A stretch of DNA of 64,000 nucleotides from Eledone cirrhosa (taxonomy: Eukaryota), in NCBI GenBank assembly GCA_964016885.1, contig OZ024740.1, forward strand, positions 185,752,001 to 185,816,000, given 5' to 3'. A program made the translations under genes and the position numbers. Positions within the stretch are counted from its first letter, which is position 1. Every line of letters begins with the position of its first letter. Shown here piece after piece: positions 58,108 to 64,000 of the stretch. Below the pieces are notes generated by a model. That model was not told the origin of the DNA. It ran no database searches and saw only the letters and a program-made list of their open reading frames with translations.

Positions 58108-60288
58108 GAAGCCAATGTAGATTCAATACAGAGATAGACCATCTGATACTTATGGCATTAATAGCCTGTAAATTTATGTAATTTAAATAATTATATTGAA
58201 TAAAGCGAAACATCTCTGAATATCCACTAATTTTATGTTTGCGTAACGCTTTTACAGATAATATCTGTTTGATATTATTTAATGTTAATGCAGTTACTTA
58301 AATACTTGATGCTTTCAGAAAGAAAATCCAGTCTATCGTAATCATGCCATACACCATAACTAAATTCGTTTCTTTTTACAAAATTGCTCAATCAATGAAG
58401 TATATTTTACTTTGATATTTTGCACATATAAATTGAGAGACTTCACATTATTTTATAGCATTTAGTATATAAACAGATTGTAAGAAACAATATACTTTTT
58501 ATCAGAACCGATTTAATGTGTCTTTTTTTTTTATAACCATTAAAAAAAATAATATACAAATTTGAGGACAAGAATACTAATTTTTCAGTTGATGATGGAT
58601 AGAATGTATAGTCGAAATAATGAATGTGTGTGGACGAAATAATTACGTGATTTGGTAGATAGAAAACCGATTGTAATATATTTGAATCTATTTAAATTAT
58701 GTCCATTACAATAACTACTTGATCATTTCAGACACAAAATCATTGAACGCTCTCGCCGCATTAAACCATGATTATTATTCTGCAGAAATAAAAGCAGTTA
58801 ATTTCTATATATCAACTATCCTAGTAGCATTACCCGAATAGTACAGCCAAAAGTGATTAACCTTCACAACTTTAGTAATTTTAGTAGTTAAAGCACAAAT
58901 AATGGCGGAATATATTTGTGGATGTATACTAGTAGGAAGTAACACATGTCTATATATCAAATAATCTCTATGTTTAAATCATTCATCATCGGAGAGAAAG
59001 TGCCTGCAAATACTTTTCTAGGAAATATCAGAAGAATGTTTGTTCATTGTGGCCACGAAATTCATTACTCTCTCGAACAACTCGACAACTTTATGATAAG
59101 CTGAAGACTATATCTCGGAGAGAATTAAATGAAATAGAAACGTTATAGCAGCAATAATAATTCAAAACCTCATATGCCATTAGTAATTGTTCTCTGGAGA
59201 TGAATTTATCAAAGCAATACTTCTGAAACTAGAGAAGAAAACCATAACATGTGGAGAGTATTGGAATATCTAACTATACTTGGTAATAAGGATTATATAA
59301 CATACATTCATTTCGATATGAATTGCCTCCTGGAATGCACGTTCATTCAGGACAAACAAATATGAAAGATGTTCATAATTAATGAAATAAATATAAGAGC
59401 ATAGATTTAGAAGTGTGTGTGGTGGAATACATTAAACATCTCGGAATCAATACATTCTGTTGTTCGGAGATGGAAAATATACAAAAAAGATTAAATAGAA
59501 ATGCATTGTTTAGAAATGTCGAATCGCATGAAAATGTAAACTCCATCGTTACTTATTACCGATTAATTCTAGCATACAGTTAAATGCTTACGACGATATT
59601 TTGTGGGAATTATCATAAAAATAGTATTAGTCTTACAAATTTAGTACACAACTTTAGTGTGTACTAGTTACAAACCTAACTTGCGTCATTTATCATTGAT
59701 CTTTATTAGATGGCCAATTAATCCTGAAATAGATCTTTGAATAATATTTATTCATATGGCACTATCAATCTATAATTTATATGCAAATTTCAATATATAT
59801 TCCGTTTTATAACACGCATATAATTTCTAATTTCAAGGGAGTGAAACTACAAATCTCAATCTTATGTCATCTCAGAGTAAACGGTCGAGAAGTTCAATAT
59901 TGTGTTGCAACTGAAACTGTGGTAGAAAGGTCACCTTGCAACTGAAAGTTACAAAATGGCAGGGATGTAAGTGCTATTATAAAGACTTCCAATTTCCTCT
60001 CCCATATTCATTTTTCATCGAAAACAGATTCAAGTATATGACTTATACCCGTTTTAACTTAATCGAGCTTATATTTTCAAAAACATAAAACCCTTAACAA
60101 AGTGTAAGAAATGTACTTTGTGGTGAAATTGTCGTTTGTGGAAAACACCTGGATTTAAGTGTAAGGAATAGATGTAGTCCTAGAATTTAACAGTATGTCA
60201 TATATTGACACTGTGCTGGGGTAGTGAGAAAGTATGTAGCTCAAGTGGTATCTGTGAATATTATTATACGAGCAAAAAAACACGACTT

Positions 60289-60340
60289 AATTGTTAGCCT
60301 TCCAATTGTTAGCCTTCCAATTGTTAGCCTTCCAATTGTT
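60289..60340. repeat. 15-bp tandem repeat aattgttagccttcc, about 3.5 copies
   Basis: Direct reading. Confidence 0.9.
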
Positions 60341-60401
60341 GGTGGTATCAACGAAACACCATTGACAGTGTATATAATATTATATGTAATACAGATTGTG
60401 T

Positions 60402-60469
<68 letters not shown>

Positions 60470-60624
60470 GCAATGTGGGATAAAAGGCTTAAATGGTAAT
60501 GAAATAGGTTCTGCAATAGTTTTCTGCAAATAACATTTCATTATACCCGCAACCCGCACTCGATCGCACATGTTCACAAATGCTCACGCATGCACATACA
60601 TACACATATACATACATACATTAC

Positions 60625-60717
<93 letters not shown>

Positions 60718-60719
60718 TC

Positions 60720-61500
60720 ACATCAACTCACCTTCTCTAAATTGAACATTCCCTCTGACCTAGCTACATGAATAACATCGGACCCGATTATATGTGATCA
60801 AAGCCTTAATGGCCTGCAAAATATACTTATCAAAGAGACACCACATTTGTTCTCATCAACAATAACTTAGAAATGACACAACATTTAGGAGCTAAAGAAA
60901 ACAAAAAATAAAAACGCAACCAGAGAAAAGGTTTTACCATATGTGTCAACATTCAGCCCAAGAAATGTCAATATGTTTGAACAATTCCACGAACCCCTCC
61001 TCATTATATATTAAGATGAAACAATGAAACTGCTTCCTGAAAGACAACACATCATTAAAGGCAAAAGACAACCCTAAACACTGAAACATATAACTGGAGA
61101 AATACACTTAAACAAAATGCGGGAGAAGAAACAGTGTTACTTGTTGATACCTTATTGAAGGACCAGAAGTTAAATTTGAATTTTGCTAAGATTTCGAAGG
61201 AAACAGAAATGTCGTCCGTAACTCTAAAACATTAATCATTGTAATTACATGTTGTGGATGGCTGGAATATAATATAGGGGAGATGGGAGCATCATTACAT
61301 AAATGAGTCACTAGAAAATGCCAACAAAATCCTGATGAAAACACCAAGCAAATACCCTCTAATATACACATTGCAACATTTGCGGAATTGAACTTTCACT
61401 ACTTTAAAATAATCCCCCTCTACAAATATTTCAAACAACAGCAGCGAATCAATACAGAAAAACAATTTATTAAAACATTTAAATCTAACAAAATATGTAC
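60720..61500 (+). pseudogene. Old PLE remnant (thumb/linker plus GIY-YIG region)
   Basis: KVLPYVSTFSPRN, IIKGKRQP*TLKHI, LIIVITCCGWLEYNIGE and FKIIPLYK; related to 31920-32200. Confidence 0.7.
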
Positions 61501-61521
61501 CTGTTCCCTATTAGACACTAA

Positions 61522-61695
61522 ATAATTGTTTCTACTTTTGGCACAAGGGTAGTAATTACCCAGAATATTACTGGTACTTTATTTTATCGACCCCGTAATG
61601 ATGAAAGCCAAAGTTAACCCTGGCGGGATTTGAACTCAGAATGGCTAGGACCGTAACTCTATGCCTCAAAGCATGGCGTCCGATCCTCTATCCAC
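61522..61695 (-). mobile_element. SINE family A
   Basis: Match to family core. Confidence 0.9.
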
Positions 61696-61717
61696 GAATT
61701 ATAGTTGGTAGCAGTCA

Positions 61718-61876
61718 GACCACACCACACAGTCCAACACCCTAACCACAAGACCACACCCCACTGTCCAACACCCTAACCACAAGACCACACCCCACAG
61801 TCCAACACCCTAACCACAAGACCACACCTCACAGTCCAACACCCTAACCACAAGACCACACCCCACAGTCCAACAC
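61718..61876 (-). repeat. 33-bp minisatellite (about 4.7 units) resembling a tRNA/SINE 5' head
   Basis: Minus-strand unit ggtgtggtcttgtggttagggtgttggactgtg. Confidence 0.85.
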
Positions 61877-62009
61877 ACATCTGTATGTAAACATATGTAT
61901 GTACAACCACAAGCACATATGCATACATACTTGCACGCAGATATACAAATGCACACAAAGTTACAAACGTGCTCATGGACTTTCAAATTCACAAACAACT
62001 CAAGTTAAT

Positions 62010-64000
62010 AAATAATCATGACTTTTCTAAAACAACACGTTACCAAAGACAATTGTTTATGATTAGGACAATGGGATTGATGAGTTAATATCTGTATACA
62101 ACAACTACAACGGTCCGCGATGGGGGCCACCAACAGCCCGGCCGGACAGAAAAGAGAAGGCGTTTCCCCGGAGGACGGAAAGGGAGACACGCTGGAAAAG
62201 CCACTCCAACTCGCGGGGCTCATAGCTGCGGCTGGCAGATCCGGCGGCCGAGCCTCAGGGAAACGCCGATTTGCAGGCTATGGTTGTCTAGCTGCGTGCC
62301 AGTGGAGAAGGAGGGCAGGGCATGGAGCCAGGCACCACTGTGGGGTTTGGAGGCCGCACGAAAACAAGCAATGCCGTGCTGGTCGAGCTGTCGCGTGAGC
62401 CTGTCTGAGGCCAGGCTGCACTGGATGTCATCCCAAGTGCTTTGGGGGGACTAGACGTCAATAGGGGGAGAAGGAGGCGGGACGTCTACTGGGCTAAGTC
62501 CCAGCCGGTCCCACGTCTCACATGCGGACGCACGTTCTCTGAACACAGAGGGTTCTGTTATGTTTTGAAGAACTCTGCTGACGAGGACGCGGAACGAGGT
62601 TACCGACGAAAGATACGCCGGCAAAGCTAGTGAGATCGGGGACCGGAGGGCAAGACCGCCATATGTGACAGGTAAAGTGGCCTGTTGCCACCCTATGTCG
62701 TCAAACTTGACGTGGCATATCCCCTCGGCTGTTGCTTGGATACATGTATCGTGGTCAGCGAGGAGAGATGTCTGTGTGTAGAAATGGAGCGCTGCGGAGT
62801 GTATAGAGGAGCTTCGGCATGGCGAAGCAGTTTCTCTGCAGAAAGAGAGCTGGGTGGCCGTCAATAAAGCCCAGTCGGCTCGTGAAAGTCTGGAGCTTTT
62901 GAAGCCTGGACCTGATGGTGGAGCGGATGGCCGGCGGGTGAATCGGTGACCCAAGGATGAGGACATCCTCTTTGGGGGTCACTGAACCTGGCGGAGAATG
63001 GACCGGACATCCAAGACGGAGGCTGCAAAGCTTGCAGCGTCGAGGCTGACGTTCACCACATCCGACTTGGACGAGTTGACCTGGAGGTCGATTCCCGCCA
63101 GGGCAGGAACCACCGATTGAAAGTCATGGCAGACCGTCCGTACGGGCCCGCCCAACATAGCATCCTCCAGATATCAAACGTTGTGAGGGGCCGTGATACT
63201 ACGGGCGATGCGTTCAATACCAAGGGCGAACAGGAGGGTTCCCAAAAGGTCGCCTTGTTGGACCCCAGTAGCCGAGGGTATGACCGTATCAGCAGCAAGG
63301 AACATGCTCGGGGCTCCATATGACAGGTAGGCCAGCGGGTAGGCCAGCGGGTAGGCCAGCGGGTAGGCCAGTGGGTAGGCAGAGGATGCTCGGCTGAGGC
63401 ATGCCTCGAGAATATGATCCCGGCGTAAAGACTTGAAGGCATTCCTCATGTCAAGCTTCACAATGAGGTGCCTGGAGTCCCTGGATGTCGGTTCCGATCG
63501 GCAGCTTTTGAAGAATTGCCTGGTTGCATGAGCGGCCTCTCACAGCCACCGGACACGCCGACACCCAGTTGCACCGGACTAAACTCCTCACCTAGTTCGG
63601 GTGTTTCGGACTTACAGATCCCCTTGGCAGCCAGCCTCCGGAAGACATTGCCCACCCTCTTTCTTCCTGAGAGCGGTGAGCCTGGCCGGAAAAAAGAGGC
63701 CTCAGGCGTAAGGGTCCAGGGAACCATGGATGAGCCTATTGGTGAGCCCCACAATTGCACTCAGAAGGGCGCTCTGCCTCAGTGGAGAGGGGGGATGTCA
63801 ACTGCTTGAGGTGGCCTGGTCGGAGACCATCAACACCTCCGCAGCTGCTAGCTGGGAAGGACCTGATGGCGGACATGATGTCTGCGTCAGTAGCCACAAG
63901 GAGCAAGAGGGGGTCGGGTGGGGTTATGGGTCTCGGATTAGTGGGTGGCTCAGGGTGTTTCAGCCGCAGAGCAGCCAGGACATCCTCGGTGGTTTGGAGG
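62010..64000 (-). mobile_element. CRE-clade-like non-LTR retrotransposon, degenerate, running off the window
   Basis: PVQLGVGVSGGCE, KLDMRNAF, TGVQQGDLLGTLLFALGI, AMPKLLYTLRS, LPVTYGGLALRS, HSGAWLHA, and C-terminal EPRELEWLFQRVSLSVLRGNA. Confidence 0.8.

Noticed and set aside
61718-61876. Telomeric repeat (CCCTAA) or CRISPR array
   Set aside because: Only one CCCTAA per 33-bp unit, and the units are contiguous without spacers.

Overview
AT-rich eukaryotic genomic DNA, not prokaryotic. The SINE family and microsatellite load resemble octopus/cephalopod genomes, but that assignment is from recognition and was not tested by a search. No intact host protein-coding gene can be supported. At most there is a possible first exon at 1-368 followed by what would be a very large intron, and a possible decayed 7TM-like segment near 43.5-43.9 kb. 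The window is dominated by retroelements: (1) Penelope-like elements (PLEs) and their pLTR/3' tails, inserted into (TA)n tracts, often with inverted 5' duplications; (2) a 12.8-kb head-to-tail, same-strand train of Tx1/L1-clade LINEs and SINEs, mostly joined at (ATT)n tails (44.5-57.4 kb); (3) a CRE-like non-LTR element at the right edge; (4) about 18 copies of one tRNA-derived SINE, several with clear TSDs. The most interesting signal is a set of hammerhead-ribozyme (HHR)-like motifs read by eye in PLE-derived DNA. These include a 319-bp retrozyme-like tandem repeat, a back-to-back palindromic HHR pair, and HHRs whose helix II appears expanded by about 100-280 nt. Most long ORFs in the track are microsatellite artefacts. 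All coordinates were counted by hand and may be off by a few bases.
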